In this document: positions 1 through 11,830 of the stretch, in pieces
Layout: every line of letters starts with the position of its first letter
How positions within the stretch are numbered: the stretch's first letter is position 1
NCBI GenBank assembly: GCA_008632985.1
Contig: QPGO01000033.1
Location: 496,001 to 560,000 of the forward strand
Source of the DNA: Psammoneis japonica
Lineage: Eukaryota
DNA: 64,000 nt
Reading direction: 5' to 3'
Notes under the pieces: generated by a model
The model's database searches: none
Told to the model about the DNA's origin: nothing
What the model saw: the letters and a program-made list of their open reading frames with translations, nothing else
Position numbers and translations under genes: made by a program

Positions 1-919
1 TCAATGTGGAATTCATTTTTTCTTCACACGCCTCCCGACGGGCAAGGGAATCACCAGCCATTGTCACTTTGTTCTTTGTGTTGCCGATTTGGTCCGGAGT
101 GAGGCATTCCTTGACATTGTCTGCCTGAGAGCCCGGGTCGTTAGAATCGCACGGCACAAGAAAGCTGTTGACGAACAGGCACCACTCCTTTTGCGATTGG
201 ACATGGCAAAAAATCTGCATGAACCAGCAGTCGAAGTCATTTTGTTTGCACTGAACGTGACGCGTCACGATTTCGGTGACAAAAAATGCACCATGAAGGT
301 CTTGTGCACGGTCGTCGATCAGTTTTTTGAGATTGTCTTCCTTTAGAAACTGGAAACAAGGCTTGCCGGAAACGGGATCATTTGGGTCATCACCGGCGAC
401 AATCGTGTGGACAAATTCTGCCATGGCTTTGATGTTGCGGTGAAGATTCATGCGGTGCTCTTCTTGTTGAACTGTCTCTCCGGGTGTTTTGGAGAAACAG
501 AGAGCTTCATCCAAATTTTGATGACGAAGGCAGTGTTGACCTTTCAGCGAGTGGGATTTCTTCAGGGACCAACCACGAGTCTTGATGCAAGACCAAACAT
601 CAGGGCATCCAAGAGTTTTCCTGACAATGTTGTTGGCGCGGATGACTTCCGCGACATGTGGAATTCGACGTAACTTTGGCTTGTGGCAAAGGAAGGGAAG
701 AGCAAGAAATTGCAGAGAGGGAGTCCATTTCGTCGACTCCAAAAACTGCTTTTTGGATGCACGTGTTGAAGTCATGCTTTTGAGCTTGGGACCAAACAAT
801 TCCATTCCAAAACCATTGGCAAAATGTTCCATGTCATCAAAATCACATTCATCAGGAAATTGGAAGGAAGGATCAGGGTCGACCTCGTCGTGAGACGGGG
901 TGAAGTCGTTGACCGCCAT
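1..919 (-). pseudogene. Long open frame (306 codons, open past the window edge), unknown protein, apparently hypermutated Tyr->His/Cys
   Basis: Manual translation from ATG at 919: MAVNDFTPSHDEVDPDPSFQFPDECDF...RIPHVAEVIRANNIVRKTLGCPDVWSCIKTRGW...DFDCWFMQIFCHVQSQKEWCLFVNSF...EEKMNSTL, with no stop and no Tyr. It is missing from the ORF track because no stop lies in the window. Confidence 0.7.
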
Positions 920-1684
920 GGCAAGAGGTCAGTTGTGATTCGCGTAGAAAGCACGTGCATGACAACAGCACATGCTCAGGTGGAAAGCAGTTTGGGGAGA
1001 GGATGCACTGTTGTAAATTGCGCAGATGATTGCGCATGTAGAATGAGCACCCGATGCAGGGCAGAGACCCATGCACAGAAATTCCGGGAGGCACTGGAAA
1101 AATGACACTGGAAATGTGCATGGGGGAGACTGGAGCATGCCGAACAGCAGAGGACATGCCAGTCAACACGGTGGGGTGTGTGTGATGTGGAGATGTTAAA
1201 AACCAAAATCAAAGATGTCGGTTCAATGCAAATGCAATGTTGAGATCAAATGGAAATTTACAAAATCCAACAAAAGTGAAAATCGAATTAAATTGTTGAG
1301 AATGATCAAACACAAACAGATGACAAATGTTGGCATAAAACGGACTTAATGAGTTGAGTGTGTTGTTTCAATTTAAACGCGAAAACAACAATCAAAGGTG
1401 CAATGAAGTTGACTGCAATTGGCAACATTCGCACATGGAAAATTGAAAACCACTGCATTGCCGCCTCTGATGTGGATGACTTCTTAGATTTTACAACAGA
1501 AGCCAAGGGAACAAATGTGTCCTCTGACCCAAGCTGTCAAAGGCAATGACAAAAATGGAAGTGACCCTTCAGTTGCGCGCACGACCACAATGAAGAAGCT
1601 CAGCAAAACGACTTTTGATGATGACGATGACGACAACACCCACCATGAAAATGCAACACTTGGTTGCTCTTCCATGTGCAGCAC

Positions 1685-1840
1685 AACAAACAAATGATGC
1701 CAGCAATGAAATTCAATGGACAAAGCCAAATCAACGAAGCACAAACGATGCAGCAAATGGCGCACGATCAAAAACCACAACACTGCACAAAACGACTTCA
1801 CACAACAATGACAAAACCTGCCACAACAACATCAGAGGCA
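1685..1840 (+). repeat. Dispersed repeat, copy 1 (copy 2 at ~4091-4260)
   Basis: Shared blocks caacaaacaaatga..ccagc..tgaaa and gatcaaaaaccacaacactgcaca. Confidence 0.8.
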
Positions 1841-2365
1841 AATTTTCATGAATTGTCTTGAGGTCTGATTGTCACCCAAGTCATGAAGACCTCCCCCGCT
1901 TGCTTTCTGTGGCTGCCCGAAATCATTCTACACAAATCTTCCCATCAACCAAGTTGCTCACTCGCGATGTTGCGTTTGATCTCCATGACCGGCTCCTTGA
2001 AAAACTTGTTGGCTCTTGGCAACCATCCCCTCCCTTGTTGCTCTTCCTTGGTGCCCTGCATCATCTCCTTCTGTGCCCTCCTTTGCCGGGTGCAAGTTGC
2101 TTGGCACAAAGCACTTGAGTCATCTTGTGCACTTTCTCTTCGTTGCGACAGCCTCCTTTTGCATGAGCCCCTTGTTGGCGATGCTCTCAAGCTCGTTCGC
2201 AACACCCATCAGAGCTGAGAGTCACTCTCTTGTCTTGTCCCGCCCCTGTGTCATTGGAAATGGCCACGCTGCTGGTGTGAGTTTTGAATCTTGCACGCCA
2301 TCAATTCTCCAATGAAACTCATGGTGAAGCTTGTCTTTGTGCAGCTTGCCTGTTTTGTCTGGTCA

Positions 2366-2632
2366 TTTTGTGCAAAGCGTGAGTGCGGCGCTCAGAAAAG
2401 CTTCTTCTTTGACATGAGATCTCTTGCCTTGATGATGTCTCCACCAGACTTTTGATCATCGACCATCTGCAACATCAATCCCCCAGCAAAACTTGCAGCA
2501 AAACTTGTTCTTGTGCTGCACACCTGTTTCGTTGCACAAAGCGTGAGTGCGATGCTCAGAAAAGCCTCTTCTTTGACATGATCTCTTGCCTTGATGATGT
2601 CTCTGCCAGCCTTTTGATCATCAGCCATCCAC
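2366..2632 (+). repeat. Diverged direct repeat, ~105-bp unit, ~164-bp spacing
   Basis: caaagcgtgagtgc..ctcagaaaagc.tcttctttgacatga..tctcttgccttgatgatgtctc occurs at ~2373 and ~2537. Confidence 0.9.
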
Positions 2633-3483
2633 TTGCTCAGACTGGTCTGTCTCTGAGGCACAGCTGCAATGATTCTTTGTTCTTTTTTGTGTCGTGTGTT
2701 TGCCTGCACTTGCCGTGGCTGCACTGCTTTGCACGCCATTGCAAGCCGGCCCTCCCTTTTTTGTGTTGTCTCTTGAGTCTTGTGGAGCGATGGTTGTCTT
2801 TTTCCCCTTTTTGTGTTTTTTTGCTTGCCTGAAAAGGGTGCCCACTGTGTTTTTTTTTGCCACAGCACATCTGCACTTGAATTCAAACACACCCTCCATC
2901 CAAAAATGATGGCCATTTCTGCGTGGCTCATGTGCGAGGAAAATGTGCTTTCACCAACCTCTCGAGTCGTCAACCACAATGACCATGATGTGGCATGTTC
3001 GGGTTGATTTCCAAGTCTCATGGAGTGAAAATCACCAACAACGTGTCATGTGACATGACCACAACAATGAACACATGTCATCAGATGCAGCGCATCCCAT
3101 GCTGAAGGCATGTTTTGCTGCCAATTCATTGATCAGCCATCTCAAAATCACTCATGAACTTGCTGCTTGTGTCAAAAGGAAGGAGCCTGTTCTTTTTTTT
3201 GTTGTGTTGGTTGTTGTTTTGTGGTGACCATGTGTGCTTCACAAAAGGCAGAATGAGCATCAACGCCATCACACTTCATTGTCATGGTGGGGTTGAGTTG
3301 TTTGGCAGCTCTTGATGATGCACGCAGTGCAGTCTCACGCAGAGAATCCACGGACTCCTCGTTGCACTGCTTTTGCGGTTCTGCGCTGCTTCACAAAAAA
3401 CATGGGGGATTGGATCTGCAGATCACAGGTGGAAGGGACAAATGCCCCACACACGATTGGTTGGACAAATGCTGCAAACAGAA

Positions 3484-3800
3484 CATTGTGAGTCGACGGC
3501 GAGGATGGGTTTTTTTGTTGAGGGGGAAACAAAAAAAAAATGAAAATTTCACTGAATGATTGACACTTGTCGTGAAGATGGAAATGCAGCACTTTCGATG
3601 GCAGCGCCACATGCAATGTGAAAATGAGCATGTTTCAGTTGGAACGAAACTCAATCATTCAGCGATGCCATTGTGAGTCGACGGTGAGGATGGTTTTTTT
3701 GGGGGAAATGAGACAGAAATGCAGTGCCATCAGCGGAAATGCATGCACAATGTGAAAACAAACATGTTTCAGTTGGAACAAAGTGCAATCATTCAGAGAC
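3484..3800 (+). repeat. Diverged tandem duplication
   Basis: cattgtgagtcgacgg.gaggatgg at 3484 and 3669; caatgtgaaaa..catgtttcagttggaac at ~3614 and ~3748. Confidence 0.85.
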
Positions 3801-4090
3801 AAAGGAGCAATGCTGCCATGTCACTTGGCATGTTGACATTCAAGTCAACAAGTGCACATTGAATGAGGTGCACCTGGGAGCAATGAGTGCAAAACACACA
3901 AATCAGGACAGTGAAAACAAATGAAAATGCTGCACTCCCAATGAGTGAATTTCGACTTCAATCTGGAGGGGGGTCGACCAATGTTTGCACGTGTGTGCAT
4001 GCAATGAGATGGTGGGGTTTGACGACCTGTGACTCATGGCCTTTTCTGCGGGTCTCTGATGAACAAAACACTTGGCTGCTCTTCTCAATG

Positions 4091-4260
4091 CAACAAACAA
4101 ATGACACCAGCTGTGAAAGCCAATGGATGAAGCCAAGCCAACAAAGCACCAGCACAAACAACACGGCCAATGGCATTTGATCAAAAACCACAACACTGCA
4201 CACACAAAACAACTTTGTGCGATGATGACAATGCTTGCCACAGCATCAAAACATTCAGGC
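4091..4260 (+). repeat. Dispersed repeat, copy 2 of 1685-1840
   Basis: Aligned by eye to 1685-1840. Confidence 0.8.
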
Positions 4261-6838
4261 ATGCTCTTCTTGACACAACAAACAAACATGACAGCCAACT
4301 TGCCAAGCCAAATCAATGAAGCAACATCAAAATGGCCAGCAACTGACGCAAAAATTGAGTCCAATGCACTCAAAATTGCCTGCGGGTCCCGGTGGCACAC
4401 AAGAGTTCCCAGCAAGGTGCCCACACACCACATCTCTCATGTTGTTGTTGCTTGCATTGCCACTTCCATGACATGGCCTTCTTTTGCTGGCAAACTGCAG
4501 ATGCAAGGGTGGAGCTGCACACCTTTGCAGTGGTTCCTCTGGGGATCTCGCTTGCATTTTGGGAGACGATGCCATGGGCAATTCCTCTGTCATCACTGTG
4601 ACAGGCAGTGGAAGGAGTGAGAGGTCAAACAAAAGCACCAGTGGTGGTGGGATCCTTTTGACAGCAATGGAGATGCACGTCTTTGAGCAGGGTGTGATGG
4701 GTCGAGCCTCAATGGGAGCTGAAGAGGAAAAACAATGGGTTGGTGCCGATGGTTCCTGAGCCCGTGAAAAGTGCACGACAAACAGCACAACTTGCCAAAC
4801 ACAAATCTCTCAGAGTCTCCATTGTTGAGAGCACAAGTGGTGTCTGGGAGAGCAAGCATCTTGCAAAACAGTGGCAACATCAAAAGAGGTTGTTGTCAGC
4901 AGCCATGGTTCTGTTGTGGCAAAAAATTCTTGCTCTGGAGGTGTCACAGCAACTCAGCATCCAGGTTCCATCTGTGATGATGACTGCAGCATGTTGTGCA
5001 AGGCGGTGTCACAGTTTTTGGCATTGGAGTGTCTGGTAACTCCACTTGGCAGTGGTGTCAGAGAGTGTTGGTGCAATTGGCACTGCAGCTGCTGGCACGG
5101 CAATGGCTGGCGCAGCATCAGGCAGCATCAGGCTTGGACTGATGGGTGGCTGTGTGTCATTTTTCATTGTGGTCTTTGGCACACAATGGAGCATCCAAAA
5201 ATTTAGTCAGCAATGTTGCTTGGAGCAGGCAGCCAACAGCACTGGCACTCACTTGAACTGACACAATTGGCCATGGGTGCAAAAGAGGGGCGCAAAACAT
5301 CTGGCAGCTCCAGCGCATTTAATTTCCTGTGCTTCAATGCCCAGCCTTGACTCTTTGTCCTTTGCCAATGTTTTCATCTTTTTGGAAAACTTGGCGCCAA
5401 TGTTGTGGAGCTTTGTTTTCATCAGCAGCCAGGAACAACAAGTGTGTGCTTGCCTGCCAAGTCAGTCTCTCAAGCAACAAAGCTGTGCTTTCTCTGACCC
5501 TGTCTGTTGGAGATTGGATCAGCATTTGTTTTGTTTCTTTCCATGGCCATTGGTGCTCCATGAGCACCTCAACTTCTTGAAGCACCACCTGCACTTCTTT
5601 CTGGTGAGTTGTGCTGTGCAACATTGTGCTCGCACCATTGTTTTTGTTGCAACGTGCATTGCACAGCATTGAGACCAGGATGGCAGTTCTTCTCAAAGCC
5701 CTCTTTGTCTGCACACTCTTGTTCATGGGCACAAGCACCAGTCTTGCCATGAGATCTGCAGCCACAGGCATTGCACTGCTCTGGCTTTTCACTTGGATCA
5801 TTGTTGTTGGCAGCACTCTTGGGGCAACAGTTCTGGAAGGTTGGCAGAAAGGTTGTGCACTTGAATGAGCCAAAACCCATCACCCATCTGACGTTGTCTT
5901 TTTGTTTGTGCCATTTGCTCTCAGCTGGGAGGGGTGCATGTCAGAAGAACCTTGTCGCCCCCGCACCCACCTCAACAAGAAGAAAAGCAATTTTGTCACA
6001 AAGTGTGGCATCTGCAGAAAAGCCCACACAGGTTGATCTTTGTGAAGCAGGCTCTGCTGGCAGCGGCCAGTTCTCAATGCATGCACTTGAGTGCTTTCTC
6101 AACCCACCTGACAAACCAATGCTTCTGCCGCCATTTGTGTCGCCCCTGAAAAACACATTGGACATGCAAAACACATCATAAGGTCACTCCACTTCTCTCA
6201 ATGAAGTTGACAACAAGCGCGCACACACATTTTTTAACAACTCTTTTTGGTGCGGTTGACCCGCCAACATGGCCAAGAACACAACACTGGCAGAGGAGAG
6301 TGGAAGCAGCAACAATGCCACAACTTCCTTCATGGGAGCCATGTGCCATCCTGATGATCTACCATGGAGCAAATGTCAAATGGTCTGGGAAGGTGCAGTG
6401 TCCCACCCTCCGTCTGCACCCACCAACCTCCACCCACCAATGGGAACCACAAGCCCAACAAAAGACTTGGCTTGGAACCGATGACAACAGACAATCGGAC
6501 AAAGATTTGAGGAGTGCGTGGCAAGACACCTAAAATGGACGCTCTATCAACTGTTTTCTGCTCCTAGTTTCTACTCTCAGGAGACTACATTGGCTCTATC
6601 AGGAATCCATGGTGCTGGTTGTTTTTTTAGTGCCATGACAAACAAAACTCTAATAAACATCAAAATTCGACTCTAGAGGCACAACCATCACGAAACATGC
6701 ACATCAAACACCGCACCGGCACAAATGAAATGATGCAACTGTCGGTTGCCATGCAGAAGGAACAACCGCATCTAGCTAGAGTCAGCCAAGGTCATCATTC
6801 TAAAATCAGCACACTATCGGAAACACCTAAATGGGCTG

Positions 6839-8087
6839 TTACTTCCTATACGCATTCCAGTACACTGTCTCGTGCTGTAAAAAACAAAAACAAGAGCAGT
6901 CCATGATGAAATGAGCTGTACAGTGAGCAAACAAGAAATAAATGCAATCTACTCTACTTCTTACCCTGAAGGCAGTTCCACAATTATGAAAACCAATTGG
7001 TTCTCCGTTCTGGGTTACAACGACGAGACAGTCTTGTTAGAGGGAGGTGTCAGAATTACTGCAACAGCATATTACTCTTTCTTACCTTTGGGTGATGGTG
7101 CTGAGTTACACAGTATGGAATGTCATCATCCGGCCCCATTTCGGCTGGTTCAATGGTAAACTCGACTTCCTTTGAGATTGGCTTCCATTGCTGATCCATT
7201 CGCCTTCGATCACAGTCTTCAATTGTAATGATTTTCTTGTTGTAGCGAGTCATACACAAATCGTGATCCGCAAGTTTCAGTTGAATAAAGTCTCCCACAT
7301 ACCTGACAACAAAGTCTTCGCCTCGTCCACCACCACAGTCCCAGATCCATAACTGTCGCATGTGTTTGCACGACGCTCTTTTGCATGGGGGAGGGAACTG
7401 GTCAAAGTTAAGTTTGGTGCATTGCATGCACTCCAAGCAGTACCTCTGTTCCTTTTTCGATTCCTGCCAGAAATAACTTTTTTGCCAGTGTAACTTGATT
7501 CGAAACTCGTAATCTGGATCAAAGGGACCATATGACGGGGCGCTGGATATGGAGGGTGATTCGGATGGGGACGTGGTTGGGTATTGAGTCGGTTCAAACG
7601 ACGGTGATAAACTCGGTAGATCCGACGGTGCAATTGAGACAGAGGGCGCAAGAGAAGGAGAAGTGCTTGGAAAATCTGAAGGAGCTAGAGAAGGTGAGAG
7701 GGAGGGCTCCAAGCTGGGTTCTGACGAAATGGTAGGTTCAAACGAAGGATGTCCTGATGGTTTCAAAGTCGGCGTGGCGGTTGGTGATGCCGAAGGCTCC
7801 AAAGAAGGAGCTGGAGACGTTGATGGACTTGAACTGGGTTCAGGGCTGATGGTTGGGGAAACGCTCATCGAGGGAGCAGGCGTAATCGGTCCCGGTTGCG
7901 CCCCCGTCCCGGATGCCGAAGAGACCCTACTATTGGTTTGCGGGCCGCTTTTCACGACGACAGCAGTGATGGCAATGATGGCAGCCACTGCAACAACTAC
8001 GGAGGCAATCAGTGGCTTCTTGTTTACCATTCTGAACGGGGACCCGCCCTTTTTAATAGTAGGAACGCTCTCTGAAGGCGGATCCAT
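6839..8087 (-). CDS. Type II membrane protein: N-terminal TM, Ser/Pro/Thr-rich stalk, C-terminal Cys-containing ricin-B-like domain; 3 exons
   Basis: TM IASVVVAVAAIIAITAVVV; PSxxPS repeats; LCM..IEDCD..QQW motif. Two GT-AG introns join ..QHHHPK|NGEPIGFHNCGTAFR|HETVYWNAYRK*. Confidence 0.8.
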
Positions 8088-9570
8088 GACTGCGTGTAAT
8101 AAATGAACGGCGATGAATTTTATGATCCAGAAGTGAATCGTATCGATGGGAGTGTTCGCCGTTTTTCGCTTCTTCACCGCAATGCAGATTTTTTGATTTT
8201 TTAAATTCGTTTTAGCATCAGATAATCACATTTGTCGCTGACGCACCCTTTTGATACAGATAGTAACGCCTTTCTTCTTCCTGGCCGTTGAACGAGCTAT
8301 GTTTGCTGCTGAAATTTCAAATTTTTGATATTGAACGGTAATTTTAAGAGAATATTTCATAGTGAAAATTGTTCTGCAGCAAGTTCTTTACACGACAGAC
8401 TTTTTGGTATACGATAGTGTTTTTTTATCAAAACATTCAAGAACAAGAAGTGTATCACATCTCAATAATTTTGATACTCCGGTGAACAAGGCTCTTCTTC
8501 ATTTTCAATTTTTTAGCGCAATTTTTTCGATTTTGGCATTATTTGCGGTTGGCACTGGCACTGCCTGAAATGGAAATGCATCAACGACGTGAGCTTCATG
8601 ACAACTGTGGCCACTTGAAACAGAACGCGGCTGCACTGCTGCAACTTGAAATCATGATCTAGAAATGCTTAGCATTGAATAAGATGCAGTACAGTGTATG
8701 AACTGGACTGTAAGGTACGAAACTAACGAGCAACAAAACAACATGCAACATGCGCTTCTGGTTGCTACTTATTAATGCGGCGCAGCATGGGAGAGTGATG
8801 ACGATGCTCTAAAACACAATGATAGGTCACCAGTATATTGGTGAGAAACTTTCAATACAGCAATTGACTCCTGTTGTGCTCAGAATTGCACCGTGTGGTC
8901 CAGCACATTCAACATGAAGCTGTTGAATTTTCAGTTCTAACTCTCACTTTTTGTTTTAGTCATCTGTGATACCAGCCGGAGGTGTGGTAGCTGCGATCCC
9001 AAGCTGATTTAATTTCATATTTCGCGTTTATCAAACTTCAGATTTCCAGGCCGGCTTCTCGACATCTTCGATTTTGGTCGTCCTGAGCTTGCTTGATTTG
9101 AGCTCTTCAAACTTGAAAGCTCTGGAGTGAGCATGAGTTTGCTCGAACGAAAATTGCTCCGATCGAGTTTCTGTTTGATTTTGTACTGTTCAGATTGACA
9201 GCTCTGTTCACTCTTACGTCGCCGAATGTCGGGTGGTATCATCGGTTGTTACTCTTTACCATGCTGTGGCACAACTTATGCTCTCACTTCTACTGTACCA
9301 ATCGCATCTGCCACATGTCTTGCTGCCGTCCTACGGTATTGTCAAAAGGCTAGGGTGTCATCGAGCAAGGCGTGGATTGATCAGTCACGAGTCCTTGCAT
9401 CCGAGCCAGGCACAAAATGAATGTCCTGCTAGCTGCAAAAACGAAGCATGGAAATGCTGGTCACATGCTGTTGGTCGATTAACAAGCTATGCTGAATCAT
9501 TCTGTTTCTTTTGATATTGAGCATGGGGTTCCTACGTATTTAACCTACTACACTGATGACATCTTCGTCT

Positions 9571-10068
9571 TCAATCCGTACTCCAGTTGTCTTGACCGTC
9601 GGACTTGCTACATTTCTGTAGAACGATGTAATCACCAACGGTTCCAGTTTGACCTTCAAACACAACGCAAAACTCGGTGTCCTGGAGCCTGATGACGACC
9701 CCATCGCTGTAGTCAAACTTCTGAAGAGGATTCGAGGAGTCACACCTGTGAAGACGAAGTTTCTTCCCTTCCTCGGGAGGTCCTTCGTAACCAGCTTGCG
9801 CGCAGTAGTCGCTGTCTAGCTCGCTCTGAAGCAACCCGCTGCTACGAATCCGAAATCCCGTACATCCCGTGCCTAATGCGAGCTTGGGATTACAGTTGCA
9901 GATGGAAGCTTCCACACCAAGGCAAAGGCCGTCGGCATCGTCACTGTTGAAGTTGGTGTATTCACCTAGGTTCCGATCATGCTGGTCGGGATCTCCAAGT
10001 CTTTTCCATCCGGCGTGGACACCTTGAAAGTACAACGCAGCAACCGCAAAGAATGCAGAGAGTTTCAT
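9571..10068 (-). CDS. Secreted ricin-B (beta-trefoil) lectin-like protein, 165 aa
   Basis: Signal peptide MKLSAFFAVAALYFQGVHA; repeated C-x-x..L..C..(Q)xF/W units. Confidence 0.75.
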   Translation of the reverse strand: MKLSAFFAVAALYFQGVHAGWKRLGDPDQHDRNLGEYTNFNSDDADGLCLGVEASICNCNPKLALGTGCTGFRIRSSGLLQSELDSDYCAQAGYEGPPEEGKKLRLHRCDSSNPLQKFDYSDGVVIRLQDTEFCVVFEGQTGTVGDYIVLQKCSKSDGQDNWSTD

Positions 10069-11068
10069 GTTTGAATTGTGGTTTTTGTTGGGAGACGTCT
10101 GCGATTTTATGAGAGAATGAATAGCGGTCGGAATGCCATCACGAGTTGTCGAGGGCGGGAAGATTTGGTCGCGATCCGCTCATCGCCAATACCCGGGACT
10201 CGCACTTGGCGTGTATAGCAAATATACGTGTATGAAGGTTTGTTCCGGGCATTTGAATCCCGGGTTATCGCCATGCAGTCACGAATGCGCTTTTTTTCTT
10301 CTCGAGTCCGCGGATGTGGACTTTTTTCGAAAAGGTGCTTTCTGAAATAGAAATCAACTCACACACGCGATTTCAATCGAATTCAAAAGCGTACCGTCGC
10401 TAGAGATCCGCGGTTTCCCTTGGAAAGAGCAACTTGTTCGTGTCTTGCTTCGGCGCATTCTGAGTCGGAGTTTTTGAGCGGTGCAGTCACGCACGCCTTT
10501 GAAGATCAATTTCTGGGAACAAACGGAGACGTTCACTCGGGGATACATTTTGGAAAGTAGGAACATATTCGTCGACTGTCGACCAACTCGTTGACTTTCA
10601 AACCACCAAACCGATCACGAGGCAAGCCTGAGTTGAGACGAAGATGACGGAGGAGGGACATCCGACGTTGAAGCAACGATGAGACTCTCATCATATAATT
10701 GTATTGCATCAAATGCTTCGCTCGGTACTGCTGCTTCTTCACGAGCCGAGGGAGCTCTTGCTGCTTGCTGTCTCTCATCATTGTCATTCAGCATCTCTCG
10801 CTGTGAGCATGGTGAATTGCGCGCGAAATCGCGAAAACGATGGCGCACAAATGATACATCGTAGAAAACATACTGATCTGTACGTGAAAGATCTAATGGT
10901 AGCACTTCCGCGTCACCGCGACACGTACGTACCTCGCGACAACCCTCCATGCCATGCATTCGACATCATCAATCATCACTTTGTTGGTGTGCATAAGCAT
11001 TCTATCTACGACGTAGCCCCTTAGAATTGTGACTTGTGATCTTGAAAGGAGCAGCAACAGCAATAAAT

Positions 11069-11629
11069 ATGGTCTGTTCGGTCTATAAAGCGGCTGCTGT
11101 CGCCGTGTGTTGCTGTTTGGGCAGTACGTTTGCTTTCACAGCGCCATCATCTCCTGCTACTCGATCGATGAGAACGGTCTTATTTGCCGACGAGGAACCA
11201 GCGTCCGAGACACCGGCAGAGAAGCTAAAGAGGAAGTCAGAAGCTTATGTTGAGCCACGTATGAATCCTGACCGCCCAGAGTTGCCGGAACTGAAGGGAG
11301 ACTTTGACTGGGATGCTAAATTTGGAGGCGATGATGATTGGATTACCGAGGATGTGCCCGGCAAGATCGTACTCAACGAGATTGAGTTAGCCAAACAGAT
11401 TGCTGAAATGGATAAGTTAGAAGAGAAATGGAGGAAGCAGCGTCTTCAGGAGGAGTATGACGAAGCAAGGATTTTGGGCTTCACCGAAAAGGCAGAATCA
11501 TTCAATGGACGCGCAGCCATGTTCTTTCTCGTGGTGGGGCTTTTGACCGAGTACTGGACGGGCATTACTCTACCCGGACAGGTTGAAGAGATGCTTCGCG
11601 TCGGTGGTATTATTGGAGTGGACACCTAA
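11069..11629 (+). CDS. Plastid-targeted LHC-like one-helix protein (OHP2/HLIP-like)
   Basis: Signal peptide plus TFA-FTAP cleavage motif; chlorophyll-binding helix GFTEKAESFNGRAAM..LLTEYWTG. Confidence 0.85.
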   Translation: MVCSVYKAAAVAVCCCLGSTFAFTAPSSPATRSMRTVLFADEEPASETPAEKLKRKSEAYVEPRMNPDRPELPELKGDFDWDAKFGGDDDWITEDVPGKIVLNEIELAKQIAEMDKLEEKWRKQRLQEEYDEARILGFTEKAESFNGRAAMFFLVVGLLTEYWTGITLPGQVEEMLRVGGIIGVDT

Positions 11630-11830
11630 GTAGGAACACAGCCCTTCTGCAATCCATGCCAGCCAACCTCAAACACAGTCACTGTTGCTGTGGGCTGGTG
11701 CGTGGTTTGCTTTCGCTACAGCTAGAGGGATTGGCATAGGGCCTAGTGGACTACTTTTAAATACTTCTTTACGATACAGTGTTGTTGCTATCCAGTGTTG
11801 TTGCTATCTCGGGCTACTCGTTTTCTCTGT

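Larger units (their letters stand above)
1..6530. mobile_element. TpA-depleted, TG/CA-rich island 1 of decayed repeat/coding DNA (element family not identifiable); runs off the left edge
   Basis: TA is almost absent (none seen by eye 1931-5036). ORFs are His/Cys-rich and Tyr-free, with internal diverged duplications. Normal TA frequency returns abruptly at ~6531. Mobile origin is inferred, as no TIR, LTR or transposase motif was recognised. Confidence 0.6.

Noticed and set aside
1..6530. Dozens of overlapping His/Cys-rich ORFs in both islands, read as metal-binding or zinc-finger proteins
   Set aside because: A by-product of TA loss: TAA/TAG stops disappear and TGY/CAY codons accumulate in all six frames.
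7530..7900. Periodic sequence here and at 27480-27760 as a CRISPR or satellite array
   Set aside because: These are codon-level PSxxPS repeats within protein stalks, with no constant repeat-spacer structure.
8300..9500. Short ORFs and AT-rich stretches between the two lectin-like genes
   Set aside because: No recognisable protein motifs or terminal repeats; possibly an old element remnant, but unsupported.
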